From Escherichia coli (lineage in GTDB: Bacteria; Pseudomonadota; Gammaproteobacteria; Enterobacterales; Enterobacteriaceae), in assembly GCF_044647545.1 (NCBI RefSeq), contig NZ_CP172818.1: a DNA stretch of 64,000 bases. One strand, 5' to 3'. This document shows positions 25,136-36,236 of this stretch, piece after piece. Both the position numbers and the translations under genes were made by a program. The notes beneath the pieces were generated by a model. That model had not been told where the DNA came from. It saw nothing but the letters and a program-made list of their open reading frames with translations, and ran no database searches. The stretch's first letter is position 1. Each line of letters opens with the position of its first letter.

Positions 25136-25928
25136 AGCGCAACATCTGCGGCAAATTCCCTTCTCCATACAGGTGTAGTGCACCAACCGCGACCACATAT
25201 CGCCCCGGCGGCATGGCGCGTAATTTGTCCCGCCAGGCGAGATTTCGCTGATGCATCAGCACATCGTACAGCGACTGACTGAACGTATTAGGCAGCGTTA
25301 TTTCATTATTTTGTGGCGGTGTATTCAGCCACCAGCTCATCATTTGTTGCAGCAACCGTGCGTTGGTGTGCCAGTGGGTCAGCGTATCGTCCAGCAGCGC
25401 CAGTCCGTTGTCAGGGAGCTGGAGCAACATGGCAATCTGGTTTTCTGCCCCTTCCAGTTCAATCACGGGTTTATGTTGTTGCTTCGCCGCCTGCAATAGC
25501 TGGTAATCGATACCGTATTCTGCCCGCAGCCCCAGTTTTTGTGCCTGCGTCGCCTGAAGAACCATCGCGATTTGCCACAGCGGTTGGGTAGAAAAGAGTG
25601 AGGTAGAAATGCCCATCTCCTGGCTAATGTGCTGCAGGTTTTGTAATTGCTCCTCGCTAATGCGCTCTTCCAGCGCCTCGCAGGCAGGCAAATTAGCAAA
25701 AGGCGTATCGCTGGTGGAAACATCCGCCTCGACGATCAGCGCATCGGCGTTTTTGAGCTTTTTGAGCAAACGGGTGGGCAGGGGAGCCATATCGTGGCTA
25801 CCCATATGAATACTGCCGAGCAGATGAAAATGGCGATTGCCGGGAAGAGAGATATCGATAGCAGGCCAGGTGTAATGATTACCGCGCAGCGCGGCCCAAA
25901 GCGTTTTTACCCGATACAACAGATCCAT
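25134..25928 (-). CDS. ybaP: TraB/GumN-family protein YbaP
   Basis: 264-aa ORF MDLLYRVKTLWAALRGNHYTWPAIDISLPGNRHFHLLGSIHMG. Confidence 0.92.
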   Translation of the reverse strand: MDLLYRVKTLWAALRGNHYTWPAIDISLPGNRHFHLLGSIHMGSHDMAPLPTRLLKKLKNADALIVEADVSTSDTPFANLPACEALEERISEEQLQNLQHISQEMGISTSLFSTQPLWQIAMVLQATQAQKLGLRAEYGIDYQLLQAAKQQHKPVIELEGAENQIAMLLQLPDNGLALLDDTLTHWHTNARLLQQMMSWWLNTPPQNNEITLPNTFSQSLYDVLMHQRNLAWRDKLRAMPPGRYVVAVGALHLYGEGNLPQMLR

Positions 25929-26089
25929 ACGACCTCCCTTTGTGAAATATCATGCTAGCGCGCGGGGAGGGATGGCGCAAATGGAGTTGTTGTCGCACTT
26001 GTGCACAGTGCTTGTGTGCATTACAATAATTAAACAATGGACAAGGAGATGAGAATGGAATGGCTCAAAAGAATAATATAAGGAGTTTT

Positions 26090-26347
26090 CGTGATCCTGC
26101 TGGCTGATTTTTTTTTCCATTCAACCCCACATCAAAAAATCCCTCTAAAATCCATACCACTTATCACAAAAGTGGACATCATTAATCCCCCCCCTTCTCT
26201 CCGTTTTCCCCCCCCCCCGAAACGAAAAAAAAAGTTTTGGAAAAAAAAAGAAATTTCCCCAAAAAAAAAAAAAAAAAAAAAAAAAAATAAAAAAGGGAAA
26301 AAAAAAAAGGAAAAAAAATTTTTTTAAAAAAAAAAAAAAAAAAAAAC
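26090..26347. other. Anomalous homopolymer-rich low-complexity tract (probable sequence/assembly artefact); not coding
   Basis: A runs longer than 25 nt, C runs of 8-10 nt and T runs; composition unlike any flanking E. coli sequence; the track ORFs here are poly-K and poly-F. Confidence 0.6.
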
Positions 26348-26379
26348 ATAGCTGTCGTATTGACGAGAAAGGTAAAACC

Positions 26380-26751
26380 ATGAAACAGGCAACAAGAAAA
26401 CCGACGACACCCGGAGATATTCTTCTCTATGAATATCTGGAACCGCTCGATTTGAAAATCAATGAGTTAGCAGAGTTACTGCATGTTCATCGTAATAGCG
26501 TCAGTGCACTGATCAATAATAATCGTAAACTCACCACTGAAATGGCATTCCGTCTGGCGAAAGTTTTTGATACCACAGTCGATTTTTGGCTAAACCTCCA
26601 GGCGGCAGTTGATCTTTGGGAAGTTGAAAACAACATGCGTACCCAGGAAGAATTGGGACGGATTGAAACAGTGGCTGAATATTTGGCACGCCGTGAAGAG
26701 CGTGCAAAAAAGGTCGCGTATATGCGCCACCCTAAAGCAGTGCATCCGTAA
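26380..26751 (+). CDS. ybaQ: XRE-family HTH protein YbaQ (HigA antitoxin-like)
   Basis: 123-aa ORF MKQATRKPTTPGDILLYEYLEPLDLKINELAELLHVHRNSVSALINNNRKLTTEMAFRLAKVFDTTVDFWLNLQAAVDLW; pattern typical of HigA-family HTH. Confidence 0.9.
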   Translation: MKQATRKPTTPGDILLYEYLEPLDLKINELAELLHVHRNSVSALINNNRKLTTEMAFRLAKVFDTTVDFWLNLQAAVDLWEVENNMRTQEELGRIETVAEYLARREERAKKVAYMRHPKAVHP

Positions 26752-26759
26752 TGATGTAC

Positions 26760-29264
26760 TTATTCCTTCGGTTTAAATCGCAGCAATCGGTTGGCGTTAC
26801 TCACTACGGTAATCGACGAGAGCGCCATTGCCGCTCCGGCAACCACCGGGTTAAGCAGCGTACCGGTGAACGGCCACAAAATACCGGCGGCGACCGGAAT
26901 ACCAATGCTGTTGTAGATAAACGCACCGAGCAGGTTCTGCTTCATATTGCGCAGCGTTGCGCGGGAAATCGCGAGCGCATCTGCAACACCCATCAGGCTA
27001 TGGCGCATCAGGGTAATCGCCGCGGTTTCAATGGCAACATCACTGCCGCCACCCATCGCAATACCGACATCCGCCTGAGCCAGCGCTGGCGCGTCGTTAA
27101 TGCCGTCGCCCACCATTGCCACCTGACGTCCTTCACTTTGCAGACGTTTGATCGCTTCGGCTTTACCGTCCGGTAGCACCCCGGCTATCACCTCATCAAT
27201 CCCTGCTTCTTTGGCGATCGCATTGGCGGTGGTTGGGTTATCCCCGGTTAGCATCACCAGACGATATCCCGCTTTATGCAGGCGTTGCAGCGCCGCCACG
27301 CTATCACTACGCAACGGATCGCGTACAGCCAGCAGGGCTACCGCTTTCCCGTCAACCGCCAGCAGCACAGGCGTTGCCCCTTGCGATGCCTGAGCTGAAA
27401 TATCTGCCTCAATCGCTTTAGTATCAACTTGCTGGTCATTTAACAGCGCCTGATTACCCAGCAATAACGCATGACCTTCAGCTTCACCGCTCACGCCCAG
27501 CCCGCGCAATGTGCGGAAACCGTTGACCTGCGGCAGCTGCATATCACCTGCTTTATCGAGGATCGCTCGTGCCAGCGGATGGCTGGAACCTTGCTCCAGT
27601 GCCGCCGCCAGACGCAATGCCTGCGCTTCATCAACATCAGCAAACGTTTTCACTGCGACAACCTGCGGCTTCCCTTCGGTCAGCGTCCCGGTTTTATCGA
27701 ACACGACGGTGTCGAGCGTACTGGCGCGTTGCAGCGCGTCAGCGTCCCGCACCAGCACGCCAAACTCAGCCGCCCGCCCGACGCCCGAAATAATCGACAT
27801 CGGCGTCGCCAGTCCCAGCGCACACGGACAGGCAATAATCAGCACCGTGGTGGCAATCACCAGGGTATAGACAATTTGCGGTGCCGGACCAAAGAAATAC
27901 CAGATTGCCGCACTGACAAGCGCAATAACCACTACTACCGGCACAAATACGGCTGAGATTTTATCCGCCAGTTGACCGATTTCTGGCTTGCTGCTCTGGG
28001 CCTGTCGCACCATGCGAATGATCCGTGACAGCGTAGTATGGCTGCCGACCGCACTGGCGCGAAACAGCACACTGCCGTCCTGTACCACTGTCCCGGCATG
28101 GACGCTATCGCCTTCGCCTTTTTGCTGCGGGATTGGTTCGCCCGTCAGCATCGCTTCATCCAGCCACGCTTCGCCCTGGGTAATTTCACCATCTACCGGC
28201 ACCCGATCACCCGTCGTCAGGCGCAGCAACATACCTGGCTGAACATCTGCCAGCGGCACGTTTTTTTCACCTTCGTTGGTGACCAGGCGCGCCGTCGGTG
28301 GGGTTAAATCGAGTAATTTCTCCAGCGCCTTAGAAGAACGCTGACGTGCGCGCGCTTCCAGCATATGACCGAGATTAATCAGACCGATAATCATCGCACT
28401 GGCTTCATAGTAAAGATGTCGCGCTTCCATCGGGAACCACTGCGGCCACAGGTTGACGCTCATTGAATAGAGCCACGCCACGCCCGTACCCAGCGCCACC
28501 AGCGTATCCATCGTCGCTGCACCGTTCAGCAGGCTTTTCCATGCGCTGCGGTAAAAATGGCCGCCGGCGAAAACCATTACCGCCAGGGTTATCAGGCCGA
28601 TAACCAACCACAGGCTGCGGTTGTCGGCGGTGACCATCATGTTATCGCCGATCATCCCCCAGACCATCACCGGGATACCCACCGCCAGTGCGACAATCGC
28701 CTGCCAGCGGAAGCGCTTCATCGTAGCGACGGCGGTTTCTTGCTGGCGCTCGCGGCGTTTAGCGTCATCTTCAATCGCTTCCGCGCCGTAGCCCGCTTTT
28801 TCCACCGCCTGCACTAAATCTTGTGGGGAGGCACTGCCCATCACCAGCGCAGTACGCTCCGCCAGGTTTACCCGTGCCTGAGTGACGCCCGGTACGCTTT
28901 GCAACGCATTTTGTACGCGGGTGACACAGCTGGCGCAGCTCATGCCGCTCAGCAGCAACTGCTGGCTGTCATCGTCATCGGCGGTCGCTGCCGGAAGCGC
29001 CTCAGAAACCGCTGTCAGTGCTTCCGACGGGATTGATGACTCCGCCAGCGGTTTAGCCTTTGGGTGGCTTACAGATGCGTCATAACCCGCTTGTTTGATG
29101 GTTTCGATCAGCTGTTCTGCACTGGCAGTCCCGGTAACGTGCGCTTCAGTGACAGACACATCCGCCTGCTCAACATCCGGGCGCTGTTCGAGACTTTCTT
29201 TCACGCGTTTAACGCAGTGACCGCAGGACAGGCCGTCCAGGGTCAGGTCGATAGTTTGTGACAT
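26760..29264 (-). CDS. copA: Cu(I)-exporting P1B-type ATPase CopA
   Basis: 834-aa ORF with two N-terminal GxxCxxC metal-binding domains (GLSCGHC, GMSCASC), CPC transmembrane motif and DKTGTLT phosphorylation site. Confidence 0.97.
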   Translation of the reverse strand: MSQTIDLTLDGLSCGHCVKRVKESLEQRPDVEQADVSVTEAHVTGTASAEQLIETIKQAGYDASVSHPKAKPLAESSIPSEALTAVSEALPAATADDDDSQQLLLSGMSCASCVTRVQNALQSVPGVTQARVNLAERTALVMGSASPQDLVQAVEKAGYGAEAIEDDAKRRERQQETAVATMKRFRWQAIVALAVGIPVMVWGMIGDNMMVTADNRSLWLVIGLITLAVMVFAGGHFYRSAWKSLLNGAATMDTLVALGTGVAWLYSMSVNLWPQWFPMEARHLYYEASAMIIGLINLGHMLEARARQRSSKALEKLLDLTPPTARLVTNEGEKNVPLADVQPGMLLRLTTGDRVPVDGEITQGEAWLDEAMLTGEPIPQQKGEGDSVHAGTVVQDGSVLFRASAVGSHTTLSRIIRMVRQAQSSKPEIGQLADKISAVFVPVVVVIALVSAAIWYFFGPAPQIVYTLVIATTVLIIACPCALGLATPMSIISGVGRAAEFGVLVRDADALQRASTLDTVVFDKTGTLTEGKPQVVAVKTFADVDEAQALRLAAALEQGSSHPLARAILDKAGDMQLPQVNGFRTLRGLGVSGEAEGHALLLGNQALLNDQQVDTKAIEADISAQASQGATPVLLAVDGKAVALLAVRDPLRSDSVAALQRLHKAGYRLVMLTGDNPTTANAIAKEAGIDEVIAGVLPDGKAEAIKRLQSEGRQVAMVGDGINDAPALAQADVGIAMGGGSDVAIETAAITLMRHSLMGVADALAISRATLRNMKQNLLGAFIYNSIGIPVAAGILWPFTGTLLNPVVAGAAMALSSITVVSNANRLLRFKPKE
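29053..29064 (-). other. copA: copA programmed -1 frameshift site giving the CopA(Z) metallochaperone (slippery C CCA AAG, -1 frame GGC TAA)
   Basis: mRNA-sense CACCCAAAGGCTAAACCG at codons 67-72 of copA (plus-strand CTTTGGG at 29058..29064); -1 frame stop TAA lies immediately after the slip site. Confidence 0.75.
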
Positions 29265-29312
29265 AAAACACTCCTTTTAAGACAGTTTTGACTGGCTGTG
29301 ATAAAGGTTAAA

Positions 29313-29331
29313 CCTTCCAGCAAGGGGAAGG
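29313..29331 (-). promoter_or_regulatory. CueR (MerR-family) operator dyad within the copA promoter
   Basis: CCTTCC-N7-GGAAGG inverted repeat; on the copA strand it sits inside a 19-bp spacer following -35 TTGACC (reverse complement of 29331..29336), typical of MerR-type promoters. Confidence 0.85.
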
Positions 29332-29526
29332 TCAAGAAATTAATAAACCAGGCGGGTAAAAGTACGTAAAGATTAAAAAATCGGCTCGATTTGCATCAGG
29401 ATTAGACATTTATCTCTTTGTTTTCCTGTAGTTAAGTTGCGGGTGCTAAGTTAAATCAGGATGCCTGAAAATTGGCACCGGGGTGAGGAATTACCTCCCG
29501 CATCTATAAAAAGGAGTTAACAAAAG

Positions 29527-30459
29527 ATGTTAGATGCAAACAAATTACAGCAGGCAGTGGATCAGGCTTACACCCAATTTCACTCACTTAACGGCGGACA
29601 AAATGCCGACTACATTCCCTTTCTGGCGAATGTACCTGGTCAACTGGCAGCAGTGGCTATTGTGACCTGCGATGGCAACATCTATCGCGCGGGTGATAGT
29701 GATTACCGCTTTGCGCTGGAATCCATCTCGAAAGTCTGTACGTTAGCCCTTGCGTTAGAAGATGTCGGCCCGCAGGCGGTACAGGACAAAATTGGCGCTG
29801 ACCCGACCGGATTGCCCTTTAACTCAGTTATCGCCTTAGAGTTGCATGGCGGCAAACCGCTGTCGCCACTGGTAAATGCTGGCGCTATTGCCACCACCAG
29901 CCTGATTAACGCTGAAAATACTGAACAACGCTGGCAGCGAATTTTACATATCCAACAACAACTGGCTGGTGAGCAGGTAGCGCTCTCTGACGAAGTCAAC
30001 CAGTCGGAACAAACAACCAACTTCCATAACCGGGCCATTGCCTGGCTGCTGTACTCCGCCGGATATCTCTATTGTGATGCAATGGAAGCCTGTGACGTGT
30101 ACACCCGTCAGTGCTCCACGCTCATCAATACTGTTGAACTGGCAACGCTTGGCGCGACGCTGGCGGCGGGTGGTGTGAATCCGCTGACGCATAAACGCGT
30201 TCTTCAGGCCGACAACGTGCCGTACATTCTGGCTGAAATGATGATGGAAGGGCTGTATGGTCGCTCCGGTGACTGGGCGTATCGCGTTGGTTTACCGGGC
30301 AAAAGCGGTGTAGGTGGCGGTATTCTGGCGGTCGTCCCTGGCGTGATGGGAATTGCCGCGTTCTCACCACCGCTGGACGAAGAAGGCAACAGTGTTCGCG
30401 GTCAAAAAATGGTGGCATCGGTCGCTAATCAACTCGGCTATAACGTGTTTAAGGGCTGA
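29527..30459 (+). CDS. glsA: Glutaminase 1 (acid-resistance glutaminase YbaS)
   Basis: 310-aa ORF MLDANKLQQAVDQAYTQFHSLNGGQNADYIPFLANV. Confidence 0.95.
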   Translation: MLDANKLQQAVDQAYTQFHSLNGGQNADYIPFLANVPGQLAAVAIVTCDGNIYRAGDSDYRFALESISKVCTLALALEDVGPQAVQDKIGADPTGLPFNSVIALELHGGKPLSPLVNAGAIATTSLINAENTEQRWQRILHIQQQLAGEQVALSDEVNQSEQTTNFHNRAIAWLLYSAGYLYCDAMEACDVYTRQCSTLINTVELATLGATLAAGGVNPLTHKRVLQADNVPYILAEMMMEGLYGRSGDWAYRVGLPGKSGVGGGILAVVPGVMGIAAFSPPLDEEGNSVRGQKMVASVANQLGYNVFKG

Positions 30460-30461
30460 TC

Positions 30462-31754
30462 ATGATGAACACGGAAGGTAATAACGATAACAAACCCCTC
30501 GGTCTATGGAACGTCGTTTCCATCGGTATTGGGGCAATGGTGGGGGCGGGGATCTTCGCGCTGCTGGGGCAGGCTGCGTTGCTAATGGAAGCCTCGACCT
30601 GGGTCGCCTTTGCTTTTGGCGGTATTGTGGCGATGTTTTCCGGTTATGCCTATGCGCGCCTGGGGGCGAGCTATCCCAGCAATGGCGGTATTATCGACTT
30701 CTTTCGTCGCGGATTAGGCAACGGCGTCTTTTCGCTGGCACTCTCGTTATTGTACCTGTTGACGCTGGCGGTGAGCATCGCCATGGTCGCCCGTGCTTTT
30801 GGCGCTTATGCCGTGCAGTTTTTGCATGAAGGCAGTCAGGAGGAGCACCTTATATTGCTCTACGCGTTGGGGATCATTGCGGTGATGACGCTTTTCAACT
30901 CCTTAAGCAACCATGCGGTAGGGCGGCTGGAAGTGATCCTCGTCGGCATTAAAATGATGATCCTGTTATTGCTGATCATTGCCGGTGTCTGGTCGCTGCA
31001 ACCGGCGCATATTTCCGTCTCTGCGCCCCCCAGCTCCGGTGCGTTCTTCTCCTGTATCGGGATAACCTTCCTTGCCTATGCGGGCTTTGGCATGATGGCG
31101 AACGCGGCGGATAAAGTGAAAGATCCGCAGGTCATTATGCCACGGGCGTTTCTGGTGGCGATTGGCGTTACCACGTTGCTTTATATCTCGCTGGCGCTGG
31201 TTTTGCTTAGCGATGTATCGGCATTAGAGTTAGAAAAATATGCCGATACCGCCGTAGCGCAGGCAGCTTCTCCGCTGCTCGGGCATGTGGGTTATGTGAT
31301 CGTCGTCATCGGCGCTTTACTGGCGACGGCTTCAGCCATCAACGCGAACCTGTTCGCCGTGTTTAACATCATGGACAACATGGGCAGCGAACGCGAACTG
31401 CCGAAGCTAATGAATAAATCCCTGTGGCGGCAGAGTACCTGGGGCAACATCATTGTCGTGGTGCTGATTATGCTGATGACGGCGGCGCTGAATTTAGGCT
31501 CACTCGCCAGCGTTGCCAGCACCACCTTTTTGATCTGCTATCTGGCGGTGTTTGTGGTGGCGATCCGCCTACGTCATGATATTCACGCCTCGTTGCCGAT
31601 TCTTATCGTTGGTACGTTGGTGATGTTGTTGGTGATCGTTGGCTTTATCTACAGCCTGTGGTCCCAGGGCAGCCGTGCGTTGATATGGATTATTGGTGCA
31701 ATCTTACTCAGCCTTATTGTGGCAATGGTCATGAAGCGCAATAAAACCGTATAA
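30462..31754 (+). CDS. ybaT: APC-family amino acid transporter YbaT
   Basis: 430-aa polytopic ORF starting 2 nt after the glsA stop (operon). Confidence 0.93.
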   Translation: MMNTEGNNDNKPLGLWNVVSIGIGAMVGAGIFALLGQAALLMEASTWVAFAFGGIVAMFSGYAYARLGASYPSNGGIIDFFRRGLGNGVFSLALSLLYLLTLAVSIAMVARAFGAYAVQFLHEGSQEEHLILLYALGIIAVMTLFNSLSNHAVGRLEVILVGIKMMILLLLIIAGVWSLQPAHISVSAPPSSGAFFSCIGITFLAYAGFGMMANAADKVKDPQVIMPRAFLVAIGVTTLLYISLALVLLSDVSALELEKYADTAVAQAASPLLGHVGYVIVVIGALLATASAINANLFAVFNIMDNMGSERELPKLMNKSLWRQSTWGNIIVVVLIMLMTAALNLGSLASVASTTFLICYLAVFVVAIRLRHDIHASLPILIVGTLVMLLVIVGFIYSLWSQGSRALIWIIGAILLSLIVAMVMKRNKTV

Positions 31755-31878
31755 CATCTCTCTGTGCGCAGTACTTCCTGTATTATTGTGGTGGCGGTCG
31801 ATATTCGCACTGGCAAAAAAACGTGCTTGAATATTTGTTGAAACCCTTTAACAAAGCACAGGAGGCGTTGCGCGAACG

Positions 31879-32286
31879 ATGAACATTAGCGATGTAGCAA
31901 AAATTACCGGCCTGACCAGCAAAGCCATTCGCTTCTATGAAGAGAAGGGGCTGGTGACGCCGCCGATGCGCAGCGAAAACGGTTATCGCACCTACACGCA
32001 GCAGCATCTCAACGAACTGACCTTACTGCGCCAGGCACGCCAGGTGGGCTTTAACCTGGAGGAGAGCGGCGAACTGGTGAATCTGTTTAACGATCCGCAG
32101 CGTCATAGTGCCGACGTCAAACGTCGTACGCTGGAGAAGGTGGCGGAGATCGAACGGCATATCGAAGAACTGCAATCCATGCGCAACCAGCTACTGGCGC
32201 TGGCGAATGCCTGCCCTGGCGATGACAGCGCCGACTGCCCGATTATCGAAAATCTCTCCGGCTGCTGTCATCATCGGGCGGGGTGA
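31879..32286 (+). CDS. cueR: Cu-responsive MerR-family activator CueR
   Basis: 135-aa [42 protein letters not shown] with C-terminal [10 protein letters not shown] metal site. Confidence 0.96.
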   Translation: MNISDVAKITGLTSKAIRFYEEKGLVTPPMRSENGYRTYTQQHLNELTLLRQARQVGFNLEESGELVNLFNDPQRHSADVKRRTLEKVAEIERHIEELQSMRNQLLALANACPGDDSADCPIIENLSGCCHHRAG

Positions 32287-32756
32287 TTAAAAGAAAAAAA
32301 GGCGATGACCGCACGGATAATCAGCGTTATCCCTTCTATCGCAATCACCTCAACATGCGTACCTGCACTGAGATCCTCGCTGGCGCTGACAGGCCATGAA
32401 CTGTCACCGACGCGCATATGACCACGCCCGTTGACCAGCGGAGATTCCAGAACAAAACGTCGGCCAATCAACTGCTGCCCGCGCTGGTTTAAATGACTGT
32501 CGCTGTGCTTTTGTTCGCGCACCCGCCGCGACAACCATTTCCACCACAGCCAGGCGGCGAGCAGCGTCAGGACGGCAAACATTACCCCTTGCCACTCCCA
32601 ACCCAGCGGCAGCAACCAGACCACCAGACCGGTAATCACCGCTGCCACGCCGCTCCACAACAGATAACCATTGCCGCCCAACATCTCGGCTGCCAGCAGC
32701 AAACCGCCGAGACTTAGCCAGAAAATATGTGGATGAACGACCATTAACTCCATCAT
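32271..32756 (-). CDS. ybbJ: NfeD-like inner membrane protein YbbJ (partner of QmcA)
   Basis: 161-aa ORF; start ATG overlaps the qmcA stop (ATGA); 3' end overlaps the cueR 3' end by 16 nt. Exact start not verified. Confidence 0.85.
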   Translation of the reverse strand: MMELMVVHPHIFWLSLGGLLLAAEMLGGNGYLLWSGVAAVITGLVVWLLPLGWEWQGVMFAVLTLLAAWLWWKWLSRRVREQKHSDSHLNQRGQQLIGRRFVLESPLVNGRGHMRVGDSSWPVSASEDLSAGTHVEVIAIEGITLIIRAVIAFFSFNHPAR

Positions 32757-33670
32757 GGCTGAGTCCGTTTGTTGGCGCTGTCTTTCACCAGCTCGGCAAT
32801 CCCGGCAATCGACCCCATCAGGCTGCTGGCCTCTAATGGCATCATCACTACTTTGCTGTTACTGGACGAACCGATCTGCTGTAACGCTTCGGTGTATTTC
32901 TGTGCGACGAAGTAGTTCACCGCCTGAATATCACCGGAGGCAATGGCTTCAGATACCATTTTGGTGGCGCGGGCTTCTGCTTCGGCAGAACGTTCACGCG
33001 CTTCGGCCTGTAAGAATGCCGATTGACGTTCACCTTCCGCTTTCAGGATTTGCGACTGTTTTTCACCTTCAGCTTTGAGGATTTCCGCCTGACGGATCCC
33101 TTCCGCTTCAAGGATGTAAGCGCGTTTGGTACGTTCCGCTTTCATCTGCGCGTTCATTGAAGAGATAAGCTCTGCCGGTGGGCGCACGTCGCGAATTTCA
33201 ATACGGGTGACTTTAATCCCCCACGGGTTGGTGGCTTCATCGACAATACGCAGCAGGCGTGAGTTGATGCTGTCGCGCTGAGAGAGCATTTCGTCAAGTT
33301 CCATTGAACCCAGCACGGTACGGATGTTAGTCATGGTCAGGTTGATGATCGCCAGCTCCAGATTGCTGACTTCATAAGCCGCGCGCGGCGCGTCAATCAC
33401 CTGAATAAAGCACACGGCGTCGATGGTAACGTTGGCGTTATCTTTCGAGATAACTTCCTGGGAAGGGATATCGAGCACTTGCTCCATCATATTGATCTTG
33501 CGACCAATGCGATCCATAAACGGCACCACCAGACTGAGCCCCGGCTGTAACGTTTTGGTATAGCGACCAAAACGTTCTACTGTCCACTGATAGCCCTGCG
33601 GCACGATTTTGACGCCCGCGCCGACAATGACCAGCGCGACAAAAATGAGAATCGGGATAAAGATAAGCAT
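32753..33670 (-). CDS. qmcA: SPFH/stomatin-family membrane protein QmcA (YbbK)
   Basis: 305-aa [40 protein letters not shown]. Confidence 0.95.
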   Translation of the reverse strand: MLIFIPILIFVALVIVGAGVKIVPQGYQWTVERFGRYTKTLQPGLSLVVPFMDRIGRKINMMEQVLDIPSQEVISKDNANVTIDAVCFIQVIDAPRAAYEVSNLELAIINLTMTNIRTVLGSMELDEMLSQRDSINSRLLRIVDEATNPWGIKVTRIEIRDVRPPAELISSMNAQMKAERTKRAYILEAEGIRQAEILKAEGEKQSQILKAEGERQSAFLQAEARERSAEAEARATKMVSEAIASGDIQAVNYFVAQKYTEALQQIGSSSNSKVVMMPLEASSLMGSIAGIAELVKDSANKRTQP

Positions 33671-33815
33671 CGGAAAAACCTCCTGTTGTACCGTCCATAA
33701 TCAGCAAAATTGCTGCTTGATTAAACAAATTATACCTGATTACTGAAAGAGAGTTCCCCCTTATTCCTGCGAAGGATAAACTGTTTTTAGTAAAAATCAG
33801 AAAAAGGGAACAGTG

Positions 33816-34493
33816 ATGCAGGAAAATAGTCCTTTGCTTCAGCTACAAAACGTAGGATATCTGGCGGGTGATGCGAAGATTCTTAATAACATCAATTTTT
33901 CGCTGCGTGCTGGCGAATTTAAGTTAATTACCGGTCCTTCTGGTTGTGGCAAAAGTACGCTGCTAAAAATAGTTGCTTCATTGATCAGCCCAACCAGCGG
34001 AACGTTACTGTTTGAAGGTGAGGATGTCAGCACACTAAAGCCAGAAATCTACCGCCAGCAAGTCTCTTATTGCGCCCAGACGCCGACGCTGTTTGGCGAC
34101 ACGGTATACGATAATCTGATCTTTCCTTGGCAGATCCGTAACCAGCAGCCTGACCCAGCCATTTTTCTCGATTTTCTCGAACGCTTCGCCTTACCGGACA
34201 CCATTTTGACGAAGAATATCGCCGAGCTATCTGGTGGGGAAAAACAACGCATCTCATTGATTCGTAACCTGCAATTTATGCCGAAGGTTTTATTGCTGGA
34301 TGAAATAACCAGTGCGCTGGACGAAAGTAATAAACATAACGTTAATGAGATGATCCACCGTTATGTGCGCGAGCAAAATATTGCCGTGCTGTGGGTGACA
34401 CACGATAAAGACGAAATTAATCATGCGGATAAAGTGATTACACTGCAACCGCATGCCGGAGAAATGCAGGAAGCACGCTATGAACTCGCATAA
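33816..34493 (+). CDS. fetA: ABC transporter ATP-binding protein FetA (YbbL), iron export
   Basis: Track ORF 33813 (GTG) trimmed to ATG at 33816; Walker A GPSGCGKST and signature LSGGEKQR. Confidence 0.93.
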   Translation: MQENSPLLQLQNVGYLAGDAKILNNINFSLRAGEFKLITGPSGCGKSTLLKIVASLISPTSGTLLFEGEDVSTLKPEIYRQQVSYCAQTPTLFGDTVYDNLIFPWQIRNQQPDPAIFLDFLERFALPDTILTKNIAELSGGEKQRISLIRNLQFMPKVLLLDEITSALDESNKHNVNEMIHRYVREQNIAVLWVTHDKDEINHADKVITLQPHAGEMQEARYELA

Positions 34494-35259
34494 TATTACT
34501 AACGAATCATTAGCACTGGCATTGATGCTGGTGGTGGTGGCAATCTTAATTAGCCATAAAGAAAAACTGGCGCTGGAGAAAGATATTCTCTGGAGCGTCG
34601 GGCGCGCGATAATCCAGCTGATTATTGTCGGCTATGTGCTGAAGTATATTTTCAGCGTGGATGATGCCAGCCTGACATTATTGATGGTGTTATTTATCTG
34701 CTTTAATGCGGCGTGGAATGCGCAAAAACGCAGTAAATATATTGCTAAAGCTTTTATCTCATCGTTTATTGCCATTACGGTCGGGGCGGGAATTACCCTG
34801 GCGGTGCTGATTCTCTCAGGGTCGATTGAATTTATCCCGATGCAGGTGATCCCTATCGCCGGGATGATAGCCGGTAACGCCATGGTAGCGGTGGGGTTGT
34901 GTTACAACAATTTAGGGCAACGGGTGATTAGCGAACAGCAACAGATTCAGGAGAAACTGAGTCTTGGCGCGACGCCGAAACAGGCTTCAGCGATATTGAT
35001 TCGCGACAGTATTCGCGCTGCTTTAATTCCGACGGTCGATTCAGCAAAAACGGTAGGCTTAGTGAGTTTACCAGGAATGATGTCCGGGCTGATATTTGCC
35101 GGGATTGATCCGGTGAAGGCGATTAAATATCAGATTATGGTGACCTTTATGCTGCTCTCAACCGCCAGCCTGTCGACCATTATTGCCTGCTATTTAACCT
35201 ATCGTAAGTTTTACAATTCGCGCCACCAGTTGGTGGTGACGCAATTGAAGAAGAAATGA
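34480..35259 (+). CDS. fetB: ABC transporter permease FetB (YbbM)
   Basis: Track ORF 34453..35259 trimmed to ATG at 34480 (MNSHNITNESLALALMLVVVAIL); overlaps fetA 3' end by 14 nt. Confidence 0.9.
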   Translation: MNSHNITNESLALALMLVVVAILISHKEKLALEKDILWSVGRAIIQLIIVGYVLKYIFSVDDASLTLLMVLFICFNAAWNAQKRSKYIAKAFISSFIAITVGAGITLAVLILSGSIEFIPMQVIPIAGMIAGNAMVAVGLCYNNLGQRVISEQQQIQEKLSLGATPKQASAILIRDSIRAALIPTVDSAKTVGLVSLPGMMSGLIFAGIDPVKAIKYQIMVTFMLLSTASLSTIIACYLTYRKFYNSRHQLVVTQLKKK

Positions 35260-35265
35260 TGCAAT

Positions 35266-35291
35266 GCCGGATGCGCAGCATCGCATCCGGC
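35266..35291. repeat. REP-like palindromic hairpin between fetB and cnoX
   Basis: GCCGGATGCG-CAGCAT-CGCATCCGGC, perfect 10-bp stem. Confidence 0.7.
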
Positions 35292-35321
35292 GTTGTGGTT
35301 CATGTGCCGATCAACGGAAAC

Positions 35322-36218
<897 letters not shown>

Positions 36219-36236
36219 TTAAGCGCGCGCTTCAAC

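Noticed and set aside
26055-26090. Mini-ORF MEWLKRII preceded by AAGGAG just before the anomalous tract
   Set aside because: Only 8 codons and adjacent to a corrupted span; could equally be a chance ATG. Worth re-examining only once clean sequence of the interval is available.
26091-26381. 78-aa ORFs on both strands inside the homopolymer tract (poly-Lys, poly-Phe)
   Set aside because: Produced purely by A/T/C homopolymer runs; not protein-like.
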